Shown here: positions 53,303 to 63,560 of the stretch, one piece after another
Position numbering within the stretch: the stretch's first letter is position 1
Layout of the letters: each line of letters opens with the position of its first letter
DNA from: Wickerhamiella versatilis
Taxonomy: Eukaryota
NCBI GenBank assembly: GCA_030867685.1
Contig: JAQOWU010000008.1
Location: 62,001-126,000, forward strand
DNA length: 64,000 nucleotides
Direction of reading: 5' to 3'
The notes under the pieces: model-generated
Told to the model about the DNA's origin: nothing
Databases searched by the model: none
What the model saw: the letters and a program-made list of their open reading frames with translations, nothing else
Position numbers and translations under genes: made by a program

Positions 53303-54436
53303 ATGCTCTTCTCATCGCTAATTGCTATCTCTCTTACTGCTGCTGCACCTGCGGGTGAAGAAGCGCTTTTAGAGAAGAGGTCTTCTTTCCCTATTCCTTA
53401 TATAGGAGAATCGTTGAGGGACTATATGCAACAGTTGGTGGGATGGGTAGTTCAACTGCCGCTCATAACCGACGTTGGTAATTTTGATCGCTTAGTATCG
53501 GCAATTCCCACCACTGACATCAGCTTCAACCTCAATTTCTTGCAGCATACATCAAAGACGGATGATATTCCAGGTTATAACACTGACTTTGAACCGGTTG
53601 ATGGTATCGACTCAGCATCGGTTAGATGGTTGGCTGAGGTTGACGGGCGCACAAAGGATGACCCCGTTGTCTTGTACTTTCATGGCGGGGGGTATGTTTT
53701 AGGCTTCAACCCTGCTTTCGCCTCATTTTGGGAAAACGTGTGGAAGGACTACAATACTAGAAGTGACAGGCTCTCCGTCCTTCTTGTTGACTACGCGATA
53801 GCGCCGAATGAAGGCGTTTGGCCGAAGCCTCTACAGCAAGCTGCTGGTATCTATAACAAACTAAGTGAAACTTCAGACAACGTTATTTTAGCGGGTGACA
53901 GTGCTGGTGGACATCTCGCCTTGAGCCTTTTGCGTCATATCAAGTACCCGTGGGAAAATGTCCCCGAGATATCGGCTGGTAAGCCACAGGGACTCGTAGG
54001 CCTTAGTCCTTGGGTGAACATATGGCCTGATCAAGGCAAGGGCATAAAGAACGGCACCTATGCCACCTATGATGGTCTGGATATTTTGAATGCAGGTCTC
54101 TCGTCAGCCATGGGGAACATTTCTGTCCCCGATCTTGAAACACGCAACTCTTCTCAGATGAACTTTTTCAAGGACTATATTAACTGGGAGGAGATTCTTC
54201 CAGACTCCGCGAAAACATTCATTTCTTACGGTGATCAAGAGGTGTTGAAAGGGGATATCGAGACATGGTTAAACATCACCAATCTGCAGGATTCTCAGGC
54301 CACTATTTACCGGGACCTAGCTGGAAATGATAAAGCAATACTCTCCTCGGGGACCCACGATAATGTGGTTGTAAGCGCAAAGAACTCCAAGGGATATGAT
54401 AATCTTGTCGATTTCTTGACCTCCAACTTCGCGTGA
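53303..54436 (+). CDS. Secreted HSL-family esterase (Say1/Mug180-like), copy 1
   Basis: Signal peptide with EKR site, LYFHGGGY, GDSAGG, LSPWV, E.L, H near the C-terminus. Confidence 0.88.
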   Translation: MLFSSLIAISLTAAAPAGEEALLEKRSSFPIPYIGESLRDYMQQLVGWVVQLPLITDVGNFDRLVSAIPTTDISFNLNFLQHTSKTDDIPGYNTDFEPVDGIDSASVRWLAEVDGRTKDDPVVLYFHGGGYVLGFNPAFASFWENVWKDYNTRSDRLSVLLVDYAIAPNEGVWPKPLQQAAGIYNKLSETSDNVILAGDSAGGHLALSLLRHIKYPWENVPEISAGKPQGLVGLSPWVNIWPDQGKGIKNGTYATYDGLDILNAGLSSAMGNISVPDLETRNSSQMNFFKDYINWEEILPDSAKTFISYGDQEVLKGDIETWLNITNLQDSQATIYRDLAGNDKAILSSGTHDNVVVSAKNSKGYDNLVDFLTSNFA

Positions 54437-55146
54437 TTTGTTTCATAGCGATTTACTGAAGTGGAGAACACTAAAATACATGAAATCTCGTTTAATAGAA
54501 GCGTAGACTGCAGCCTGGTGTTTGTTCTTTTAATATCTGTAATCTTCAGTCAAAGTGCATAATGACGTGCTCCAAAATCTCACTGCATCAAGCAATGAGA
54601 AGGGGCTGTAAGATAGTACTACTTGTAGATGCTTTAGATATATCGGCTCTCTTGTTGCTTCTTGATTATTTTCTTTCACGGCTGTTTCTTCTTAATATGA
54701 CCATCAAAGATAGTACCTCTACTTCTCTGTCCTTACTATTGGTATAAAGAAGCAATACGCGATCTTCCTCTGTGATATATGCTACCAGTTTGATGCGATA
54801 ACATGAAGCATTCTAACAAGCAATCTCCGAGGGCCAAGGTTGCTATCAACTAAGACGACTAGTCTACGTCGATTAATGCGAATGTCGCCTGCGATAAGTC
54901 GACGGATTATATCAGACGGGAAATTAAGGCCACCTGCATCTTAGACACGTCGCAATCATTGATGGGTACTTAGCTGACAGATCAACATCCATACTTCAAC
55001 CGACGCAGTTCTTCTATTGACTGCACCTAGCAAGGTCTAAGCTATATCTAGCGAGCTCATAGCCAACAATTAAGTACTCATTATGCATAGTATGTCGACT
55101 TAACTGGCGTAGATTGCACTCCATATCAACATAAATTTGTATGCGA

Positions 55147-55181
55147 GGGCTATCTTGCGTTAGCACCCCAGCCTCGCGTTG
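55147..55181 (+). repeat. Dispersed element copy
   Basis: GGGCTATCTTGCGTTAGCACCCAGCCTCGCGTTGT. Confidence 0.7.
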
Positions 55182-55887
55182 TCAAGTCGAAAATCGAAAA
55201 TAGCAGCTGCATTGTGTGCCCACCCTCTTCCGACTTCACTATATTGCATAGATGGCACTGGCCTGAGTCGTGCTTTGACTTTTCTAATCCATCGAACAGG
55301 ATAGTCACTGCATAATTCTAGTGACTATATAATTGCGAGTATACATGTATGAGATGGGATCTGCGGTCGGAAGAACCTCGTATTAAAAACTCCTTACGTA
55401 CTCTTCGTCCGATTCGGACTAATCAATATGCTTATCCCGGGTTCAGGGTTCACTGTCTCATCCTTCTTTGAATGGAAAATCTCGATTTACTAGGGGCGAG
55501 TCTTCAAAAAAGTATACTTACATCATATTCTTCAGCCCCCAACTTCGAAAAAAATATGAGTATTAGGCTAAGTACTCTAGCAAGGTTAAAAGCGATAGTA
55601 TATACACCGAAACTCATCACTAATTGGTTGATCTACAACGGAATCCAAACAGAATGAAGATCATTGGCTAGAGTCGGGTTTCCGACGCCACAATAGTGAA
55701 GACGAACCATGAGGATATTATTCTGTAAAGGGCTTCCAATTATAATTCTTATCTCGCAATGATTTTCGATCGGCTCTATCGCGACTCACGTTGCAGAAAT
55801 ATAAAATTCACGTTATATGAAGTAAGCAGCAAGCAGGCGTTTGCACACCGTTGAGCAGTGGGTCTGAGTAAGTAGCTGCCTATACGA

Positions 55888-57018
55888 ATGCGCGCCTCGT
55901 CTCTAATTGCTATCGCTTTCACTGCTGCCGCACCTGCAAGTGAGGCGCTAGTAGAGAAGAGATCTTCTTTCCCTATTCCTTATATAGGAGAATCTTTGCG
56001 AGATTACCAGCAAAAATTCGTGGGATGGATAGTTCAGCTGCCACTCATAACAGACGTTGGTAATTTTGATCGCTTAGTATCAGCAATCCCCACCAATGAC
56101 ATCAACTGGAACCTTAATTTCTTGCAGAATACATCAAAGACGGATGATATGCCAGGTTATAACACTAACTTTGAACCGGTTGATGGTATCGACTCAGCAT
56201 CGGTCAAATGGATGGTTGAGGTTGATGGACGCACAAAGGATGACCCCGTTGTTTTGTACTTCCATGGCGGCGGATATGTTTATGGCTTTGAACCTTCTTC
56301 TGCATCGACTTGGCAAGAAATATGGGAAGATTTCTCTACGAAGAGTGAGAGGTTGTCCATCCTTCTGGTCGACTACGCGATAGCGCCAAAGGAAGGCGTT
56401 TGGCCAAAGCCTCTACAGCAAGCTGCTGCTATCTACAACAAACTAAGTGAAACTTCAGACAATATTGTTTTGGTGGGTGACAGCGCTGGTGCACATCTCT
56501 CGCTGAGCCTTTTGCGTCATATGAAGTATCCATGGGAAAGTGTCCCCGAGATATCGGCCGGTAAGCCACAGGGGTTTATAGGCTTCAGTCCCTGGGTAAA
56601 CATATACCCTAATCAAGGCAATGGCACAAAGAACGGCACGTATGTCACATATGAAGGTCTGGATATTTTGAGTGCAGATCTCTTGTCAGCCATGGGGAAC
56701 ATTTCTGTCCCCGATTTTGAGACACGCACGTCCTCTCAGATGAACTTCTGGAAGGACTATATTAATTGGGAGGAGATTCTTCCAGACCCTGCCAAAATAT
56801 TCATTTCCTACGGTGACCAAGAAGTGTTGAAAGGGGATATCCTGACATGGCTAAACATCGCAAATTTGCAGGATTCTCAAGCGACCATCTACCGGGACCT
56901 AGCTGGAAATGAGAATACATCAACTCCCTCGGGGACCCACGATAATCTGTTTCTGAGCGGAAGAACTTCCAAAGGATACGGTGAGCTAATCGATTTCTTG
57001 ACGCACAACTTTGCATGA
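55888..57018 (+). CDS. Secreted HSL-family esterase (Say1/Mug180-like), copy 2
   Basis: Colinear with copy 1 along its whole length; HGGG, GDSAG. Confidence 0.88.
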   Translation: MRASSLIAIAFTAAAPASEALVEKRSSFPIPYIGESLRDYQQKFVGWIVQLPLITDVGNFDRLVSAIPTNDINWNLNFLQNTSKTDDMPGYNTNFEPVDGIDSASVKWMVEVDGRTKDDPVVLYFHGGGYVYGFEPSSASTWQEIWEDFSTKSERLSILLVDYAIAPKEGVWPKPLQQAAAIYNKLSETSDNIVLVGDSAGAHLSLSLLRHMKYPWESVPEISAGKPQGFIGFSPWVNIYPNQGNGTKNGTYVTYEGLDILSADLLSAMGNISVPDFETRTSSQMNFWKDYINWEEILPDPAKIFISYGDQEVLKGDILTWLNIANLQDSQATIYRDLAGNENTSTPSGTHDNLFLSGRTSKGYGELIDFLTHNFA

Positions 57019-57257
57019 CTTTTTTATAGAAATTGAATCTAGTAGACTATATACAATGCCTTTTATTTAATTTGATCAACAATATAGTCTAGAAGCTCAG
57101 ATTCCGATCTGGTTTTCACTGTATCTTAGATCTCACAGAAATCTTAACGTCTTGATATTGCTTATTACAGTATTATCTATAGTGATAAGCCAAAGTGTGC
57201 AACTTTATAGCCCAAGCACTATGATTTTTATTGTGGGATGAGCTGCAGAACTAGAAA

Positions 57258-57285
57258 GCTATTGCATTGTCCAACCAGTCTGGTG
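57258..57285 (+). repeat. Dispersed element copy
   Basis: GCTA then exact TTGCATTGTCCAACCAGTCT (57262-57281), 30 bp from the permease stop. Confidence 0.8.
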
Positions 57286-57310
57286 GGTTATGAGTTGATG
57301 TTTTAATCCT

Positions 57311-59361
57311 TTACTCTGTATTAAGGCTGTGGTTGGGCTTCAAATAACTTTCTCTATCCGACTTAATGCTCCCTTCACGCTGCATCCTGCCTTGATGGTA
57401 AGCTTCCACAGGCGACTCTAAGTGATATAACCACCACTTCAGTTTTCCGACAATCGTGTTTCTCTGACGGTGAAGTTTAAGGTATGACTCAGCCTTTTCT
57501 GAAGCCATACACTGCTTTCCAGTACCCACTGGCCACACTGCATCCGTGGTGAGATCGATCTCGTCTAATGAACGAACCTTATCTGTCTTCCAATGAGTCA
57601 ATTTCCAACCACACATGCAAACAACCCAAACAATGCATCCCAGCAAGGTCCCAAATGGTTCTGTCCAAGCACAGGAGCCGGTTGGGCATGAGCCATATAT
57701 TTCAGCGGCGAATAGGAATAACCCTAAAACAATAACAATTATGGGAAGCACCGGAAAAAGATACTGTCTGAATGGCAGGTCGCTCTCAGGTATATTTTGA
57801 CGACGCATCGCTAGTCGAAACCGAAGAGAAAGTACCCCTATCGATGTCCATGTCAGGATTGCACTGCAAGATGTAACGTTCATGAACCATGTAAAGACTG
57901 TGGATGTGGGGAAGGCTGCAGCGATGAAAACAAGGCCACCTAAAGCTGGATATGTTAGTACGTCCGTTCAGAGCATTCAAAGTGCTTGTGCTTCGACTTA
58001 CCAGTTGTGCAAAGTTCTGACATGACCGGCACTCCCCAAGAATTTGTCCATGAAAAGACAGAAGGAAGCATGCGGTCTTGGGCCATAGCCATGAGCATGC
58101 GCGATGCAGCATAAAAGCATGCATTTAACGCTGATATGATAACCACAAGTAGTATTGCGTTAATAAGCTGATCTGCAGCTTTAAAACCTGCCCATCTAAA
58201 TACGAGCGTAATAGGTGATACTGCCGTTAGCATTCTGTGATTTCAAATCTGGAATTGAGAAAACTTACCTGTTACATCTGAATCGTCGCTTGCTTGTACC
58301 AAATTAGGGTCGTTGGCATTGACTGTCAATGCGATTACAAAAACTGTAAGCATTATTAAAAAAATTATACGGTAAAAAGTCATTTTTGCCGCTGCTGGGA
58401 TATATTTGTGGGGCTTCTTTGTCTCTCCTGCCGTCAAGGCAACCATCTCCGTGCCCCCAAAGCTGTAAAACGCGTAGCCTCCAGCAAACAGACCGGGGAA
58501 CCCCCCTTTGAAGTTCAGGCCGCTATGGAAATTAGATAGGCCTGGGCCTTCCTTAGCAGCGGTCGCCACTCCGTTGAAAGCCCAAACCAAGCCTGTCACG
58601 ATATACGCAAGAAGTAGGGATACCTTTATCGCGCTGCACCAATACTCTACCTCACCATACCATTTCACATTCATAAATTGTAATAATACAACAGGGAAAA
58701 GCACGGGAAATATCCATACCCATGCTGGAGGAGACTGGTCCCAAAATGCAATGATAAAAGTACAAGCGCTCAATTCGGAAGGAATACTCTGTAAGTGTTA
58801 GCAATGATCAGTGAATCGAGGTTCTCCAAATACTTACTAATGCCCATTGGAGGTAATAATTAATTCCAACGCTGAATCCCTGAGGCAGTTAGTATGATGA
58901 TACGCATAAATATATCTTTCCTTTTTAATACTTACGAATCCTGGTGACACAAGACGCTCTGCGTAATGCTGAAACGCACCTGAATGGGGAAGATAAGCTG
59001 CCATCTCAGTCAGACAAGTTACCACGGCAAGAACAAATACAGCAGTGATCCCGTATATCACTAGAGCCCCGCCTGGCCCTGCCTGTGCAACTGTCGCACC
59101 GACTGAGAAAAAGAGCCCTACGCCTATAGATCCACCAAGAGCTAGGAAGGAAATATGGCGAGGCTTTAAAGTCTTTTGCGTCTCTTTATTGCCATCTCCA
59201 AGCAAGCGACGCCAAGCAGGCACGGCCTTATTTTCTGGCAACTCAGAATCGGGTTCGCTATGGATGATGGCTTCTTTTTTTTCGAATTCTTCATCATGAG
59301 CATTATTATGAGGCGTGGATCCCGTTCGCGGGGGCCCTTCCTCAAAAATTATGGTGGACAT
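57311..59361 (-). CDS. APC/YAT-family amino-acid permease with 4 introns (58880-58935, 58789-58837, 58221-58268, 57946-58001)
   Basis: LKPRHI..LALGGSIGVGLF, V..YGE.EYW...IKV, FSFGGTE...TAGE. Each intron has GTAAGT, a (T/G)CTAAC-type branch site and CAG; splicing joins all exons in frame. Confidence 0.9.
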
Positions 59362-59415
59362 GCTATGGGTAAAAATGTGACTAAGAAAAAAAAAGACTAG
59401 TTCCCTCACGCAGCA

Positions 59416-59423
59416 TCACGTGA
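59416..59423. promoter_or_regulatory. TCACGTGA E-box (Cbf1-type site)
   Basis: 55 bp upstream of the permease ATG. Confidence 0.5.
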
Positions 59424-59866
59424 TATTGACAACATCGTGTCCCTGCATTATTCTCCTCCATTCACGTCCTGTGGTCACTGTTGGTATCGATATGGAAGCA
59501 TACGTGAGTCACTTGCAATTGAATTTCTTTTCGATTATACGTTAGGTGCGTAAAACCATAACTAGTAACTTCACCTAGTCTGTTTAGTTGACGAACATTA
59601 ATTATAACGAGAAATCTTATTTATCATAATTGTACTGAATGTGCAAGCCAGCCCATATAGCAAATTGATCGCGGCATAGCCACACTATGCGTAGTACAAA
59701 ATGAGGGATTTTACGGTGACATGCAAGGATACCTGCATCGCCTGCATATGTGATCATTAGTGCATACAGCCCTGCAGACCAACTTGGTCAAGCGAGCTAT
59801 CCCGCGTTGTGCTCTTCTTATCAAAGAAATATTGTAATATTAACTACAAGGAGCCATTTTATTTCA

Positions 59867-59887
59867 TGGACAACGCAAGATAGCCCC
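59867..59887 (-). repeat. Dispersed element, left part (reverse)
   Basis: Minus strand GGGGCTATCTTGCGTTGTCCA. Confidence 0.75.
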
Positions 59888-60333
59888 ATACTTTCCACAT
59901 AAAGTGCATATCTTTTATCAAACCGCTCCAACCAAGAGTTGTGGTGTCTATTTATCACCCAGCTCCTCATTGTTAGTTATCCAGGCCTGATTATCGTATG
60001 GTGCTGAGGATTTACGGAACAGTGTGATATCAATGGTTATTGTCTTGATAGCAATTTATGCAATACCTTGCACACCTACGGATCGCTATTCTATTTGGCT
60101 TACCGATAAAGATACATTTAGTTGGGAGCGCATTATACAGAATCATACTGCGGGTAGGTAGCCGTTTGGATTCCAATTGAGGCAAAATGGTTTGGTTGGA
60201 TCATGCAACATTTATGTGGGGCGATATGGCACCATGACATAGAAAAAGGGCTCTGGTAGTGACTTTTTTTTTAATTGTGCGCTGATATTACAGAAGAAAC
60301 GTCTCTTGATTTCGCTTGAAATCTACCGTTTGC

Positions 60334-61419
60334 CTAGGTTTTGGAGTCCCATACCAAGGCCTCTTTCTCACTGTACCCAGCCTTTTCATTACTAGATACG
60401 TAGTCTGGCAATTGGTCACGAGGGACTCCATTCCAAATATCGATGGGAGTACGGATTTTCAATTCCGTCTTGTGTCTTTTAGCATGCACGGACGTGATTT
60501 TCACTTTAACAATCAAGTCATTACTTACTTCATGGAGGCTGGTGAAAAAATTAGCAGGAACGGATTCTGGGATCTTTGTTTCGGTTAAGTAGTGATTCAG
60601 GTCGTTCATCGCGTCCATAAGTGGAACGTGATCCATCGTCCCTTTATAAATGGGGTGGTATCGAGTATGTAGAGCACTATGTGTGTTTGCGTGTACATAG
60701 GCTTGCTCCTTGATCTTCACTTCAACCCCCAGTACAGCAACTAGTTCAGGCCGACTGCATGAAAGGGAAATCACTAAGGGGTTTGCTGCCTCCAAAAAGG
60801 AATAGGGCGTAGGCACCTGCGCCTGTAGCCGAAGATTGACCGGCTGCTTTTTGTCTCCACGAATCCTTCCAATCAGATTGAACCCATTATACCCGGGAAG
60901 ATGCGAGCGATATTCTTTCTCCGAGGTGAGTACTTGACCAAGTCTAGGAGCCACAGGTTCTATTGGCTGGTACCGTCTTAGTGCGAATGGCTCAATTACG
61001 CGAATACTCGATTTAAAGGCTGATCTTCGTATAACTAATTTGATATACCATGTTACTCCTCCTCCAAGAAATCCCTCAAAGCTGCTGAGCTGGGCACTAA
61101 GAAACATTGGAATCTGAAATTCGAACGGGAAAACTCGAGACCCTTCAGGCAAAATATGCTTTTGATCAGCGTCAGAATCACCGATAATCCTCGATTTTTC
61201 GGTGAAAATCTTCCTCTTCCTGATATCTCGTTGCGTTGTTGTTGTTGTCCCGTTAGAAGTAGTATACAGCACGATCGCTATTTCACGACAGCACAATTTG
61301 ACATCCACCGCCTTGGTAACTAGATCCTTATGCAGATTTAGCACAACATGTCCTGTAATCCTATCACCATTTGTATAATAGTGCTTCTTGTTATCTATAC
61401 AGATTGCGTGGTGGGGCAT
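60334..61419 (-). CDS. Alpha-arrestin-like protein
   Basis: Y.NGD.I.G.V.L, LP.G...FPFEF.IP...SSFEG..GG.V.W.IK; C-terminal LPDY PY-like motif. Confidence 0.8.
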   Translation of the reverse strand: MPHHAICIDNKKHYYTNGDRITGHVVLNLHKDLVTKAVDVKLCCREIAIVLYTTSNGTTTTTQRDIRKRKIFTEKSRIIGDSDADQKHILPEGSRVFPFEFQIPMFLSAQLSSFEGFLGGGVTWYIKLVIRRSAFKSSIRVIEPFALRRYQPIEPVAPRLGQVLTSEKEYRSHLPGYNGFNLIGRIRGDKKQPVNLRLQAQVPTPYSFLEAANPLVISLSCSRPELVAVLGVEVKIKEQAYVHANTHSALHTRYHPIYKGTMDHVPLMDAMNDLNHYLTETKIPESVPANFFTSLHEVSNDLIVKVKITSVHAKRHKTELKIRTPIDIWNGVPRDQLPDYVSSNEKAGYSEKEALVWDSKT

Positions 61420-61888
61420 TAGTACACTTCATGACTAACGTTGCTCGCGTATTTGTAAAGTGCCAATACTTACGTAATCACTGTAAATTGCTTTTCCATG
61501 ACAGAATAACAGGGTGCTTCAATTTCCACTATTTCTTTGAAGTTCTGCAACATTTTCAGAGCCGTGACCTGAGCTTCCAGGACGCACAATATCAGCAGCA
61601 TGTCTGTGTAGCCTTTTCCTGTGTCAGAATTCTTACAGCACATACGTCATATTTGTCAGCTGACGTAGGATTGCTCCACGGACAGTGGAAGCAGAAACGG
61701 AAAATCTGCAGTTGCTTGCAGTGCATTTGGGACGTAAAACAATGACGAGTATATAGATGTACGGCTTTGCTTGTTATATGGAGAGGGAGCAGAGAGTATT
61801 GCATAATAATGAGCTTTGAAGTACATGCGCAGTTCATTTTAAAACATAACATAATATCCAACTGATTTAAACCAGGAGCTCCGATGCC

Positions 61889-62860
61889 TTAAAGTGACAA
61901 TTGCGAGCCAAGCAAAAATTCTTTTTTAACTAGTCCGGTTGGATCTTCGTCAGTTAAGTCATACTTGTAAACATAACCAGCCCCATCACCTCCGGCACCG
62001 TGAGCGGATGTGAAAAACAGGGTTCTTCCATCCTTACTCCACGTGGGACAGGTAACTCCCTTAGTAGGGATGCTAATCTCTTTGGATATGTTGCCGGTAG
62101 GATCCAGGCGGATCGCCTTGCCTGCGGCATAAAGTGCAATCCAAATATTACCCGCAGAGTCGACGACTGCGCCATCTACACAATCAGGCGGCTCGTGATC
62201 CCTTAGCGTTCGTTTGTTACTTATAGTCCCAGCTTCAGCATCAAAGTCATAAGCGTAGGTTTTACCACATAAAGTATCATTCACGTACATGACTGTATTG
62301 TCAGGGCTCCAGTTGAGTCCATTGGCACAAAGGAAACCTTTGTCCATAAGGTGAAGGGAACCATCTGGATCGTACCTCCACAGATTTCCTTGACCTGATT
62401 CTGGTGCGGAAAACACATAAACTCCCCTCTTAGCCTCCTCTATTTTGGTAAACACAGGCACGATATCCAGCTCACCACCCCAAAGGCGACCCTTACAATC
62501 CACAGCACCATCATTGAGACGTTTCAGCTCTTTTTCACTGTCAGGTAATATTTTTTTCAATAATTTTGCCTGAAAGGTTGTGCAATCGAGTAGAGCCACA
62601 CCCTGATGGTACAGGCCCACAGCGGTTTGGGGCTTGCCTTTCACAAACGCATGCATCGTCAGACTGACTTCAGTATCAAAGCATTTCGTAGGCCTCGACT
62701 CATCAACAGAGCCTGTTGCAGGATCAATTGGTAACACGAAAGACTTACTACGTACGAAGTCATGGAATTGTAAAGTATTATCCGACGGGGAATAGATAGG
62801 GCCTTCACCGATCTCTGTCGGCGGGTTTGGTATGAAAAACAGTTCTGCACTGGCAACCAT
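61889..62860 (-). CDS. SMP-30/gluconolactonase (regucalcin) family protein
   Basis: GEGP, RLNDGAVD.KGR.W.G, NGLNWSPD, DG..VD..GN.W.A. Confidence 0.9.
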   Translation of the reverse strand: MVASAELFFIPNPPTEIGEGPIYSPSDNTLQFHDFVRSKSFVLPIDPATGSVDESRPTKCFDTEVSLTMHAFVKGKPQTAVGLYHQGVALLDCTTFQAKLLKKILPDSEKELKRLNDGAVDCKGRLWGGELDIVPVFTKIEEAKRGVYVFSAPESGQGNLWRYDPDGSLHLMDKGFLCANGLNWSPDNTVMYVNDTLCGKTYAYDFDAEAGTISNKRTLRDHEPPDCVDGAVVDSAGNIWIALYAAGKAIRLDPTGNISKEISIPTKGVTCPTWSKDGRTLFFTSAHGAGGDGAGYVYKYDLTDEDPTGLVKKEFLLGSQLSL

Positions 62861-62956
62861 AGATGCGTCTTGTAATGACTGTTGTGGAGCAAAATCCCAG
62901 TTTATGTTCCTTCATTCCCCGCACAGAGCCCCACCCTGCCCAGATGATTCAGCTAG

Positions 62957-62974
62957 CAACCAGTCTCAGGTAGT
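62957..62974 (+). repeat. Dispersed element, right part
   Basis: CAACCAGTCTCAGGTAGT. Confidence 0.7.
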
Positions 62975-63560
62975 TTAAAATTTAGCAATAACTAGTGCCT
63001 TTGAGTCTCCTTGTTTTTAGTTATTCAAAATCTACAATATAGGAGCGTTAGAAATTGCTTTGTTATTTTGTATCAGAAATAACCCTTAGTATTTCGAGAG
63101 TTCAGTCGTGACAAGGATATCGAAGCACTCCTACCGTTTGATATAGTATTCGCTCTTATGATTTATCTATTTATCTCCACTATCAAAAGCAAATTAGACT
63201 TTATAAATGCCGCATGACTTAGAAGTACCGATATTAGGCCAATATTTATAAGGCTTCTGATCAGGGATAGTGTAGTTTGGTGCTCAGAAAGCGTTCTTAC
63301 AACACTTTTTCTTTTCTCCACTCACTTGAAGCTGGCCGATAGTCAGTATGGTGAATGCTGTGTTATGCTCCGGCATCTTGGGGCACATGCCCCCGGTCAC
63401 ATCCCTTACCCATGGAACGCTGGCTCAGAGAAACCCTAGCTATAGCGAAGCTACTACGAATTGTCTCATCAATCGAGATATCAGAATTGAACGGTAGTTT
63501 TTTTACTATGAGTTTATTATTGTAAGTTAAAGTTGACGCTTAATGAAGTTAGAAAGCTCA

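Noticed and set aside
1422-62974. Interpreting the dispersed element as a CRISPR array
   Set aside because: Copies are kilobases apart, degenerate and in both orientations; no cas genes; eukaryotic context.
63450-63481. Very degenerate possible element copy 80 bp past the last ORF's stop (others near 15610 and 22075)
   Set aside because: About 21/34 with a gap; not distinguishable from background without a PWM scan.
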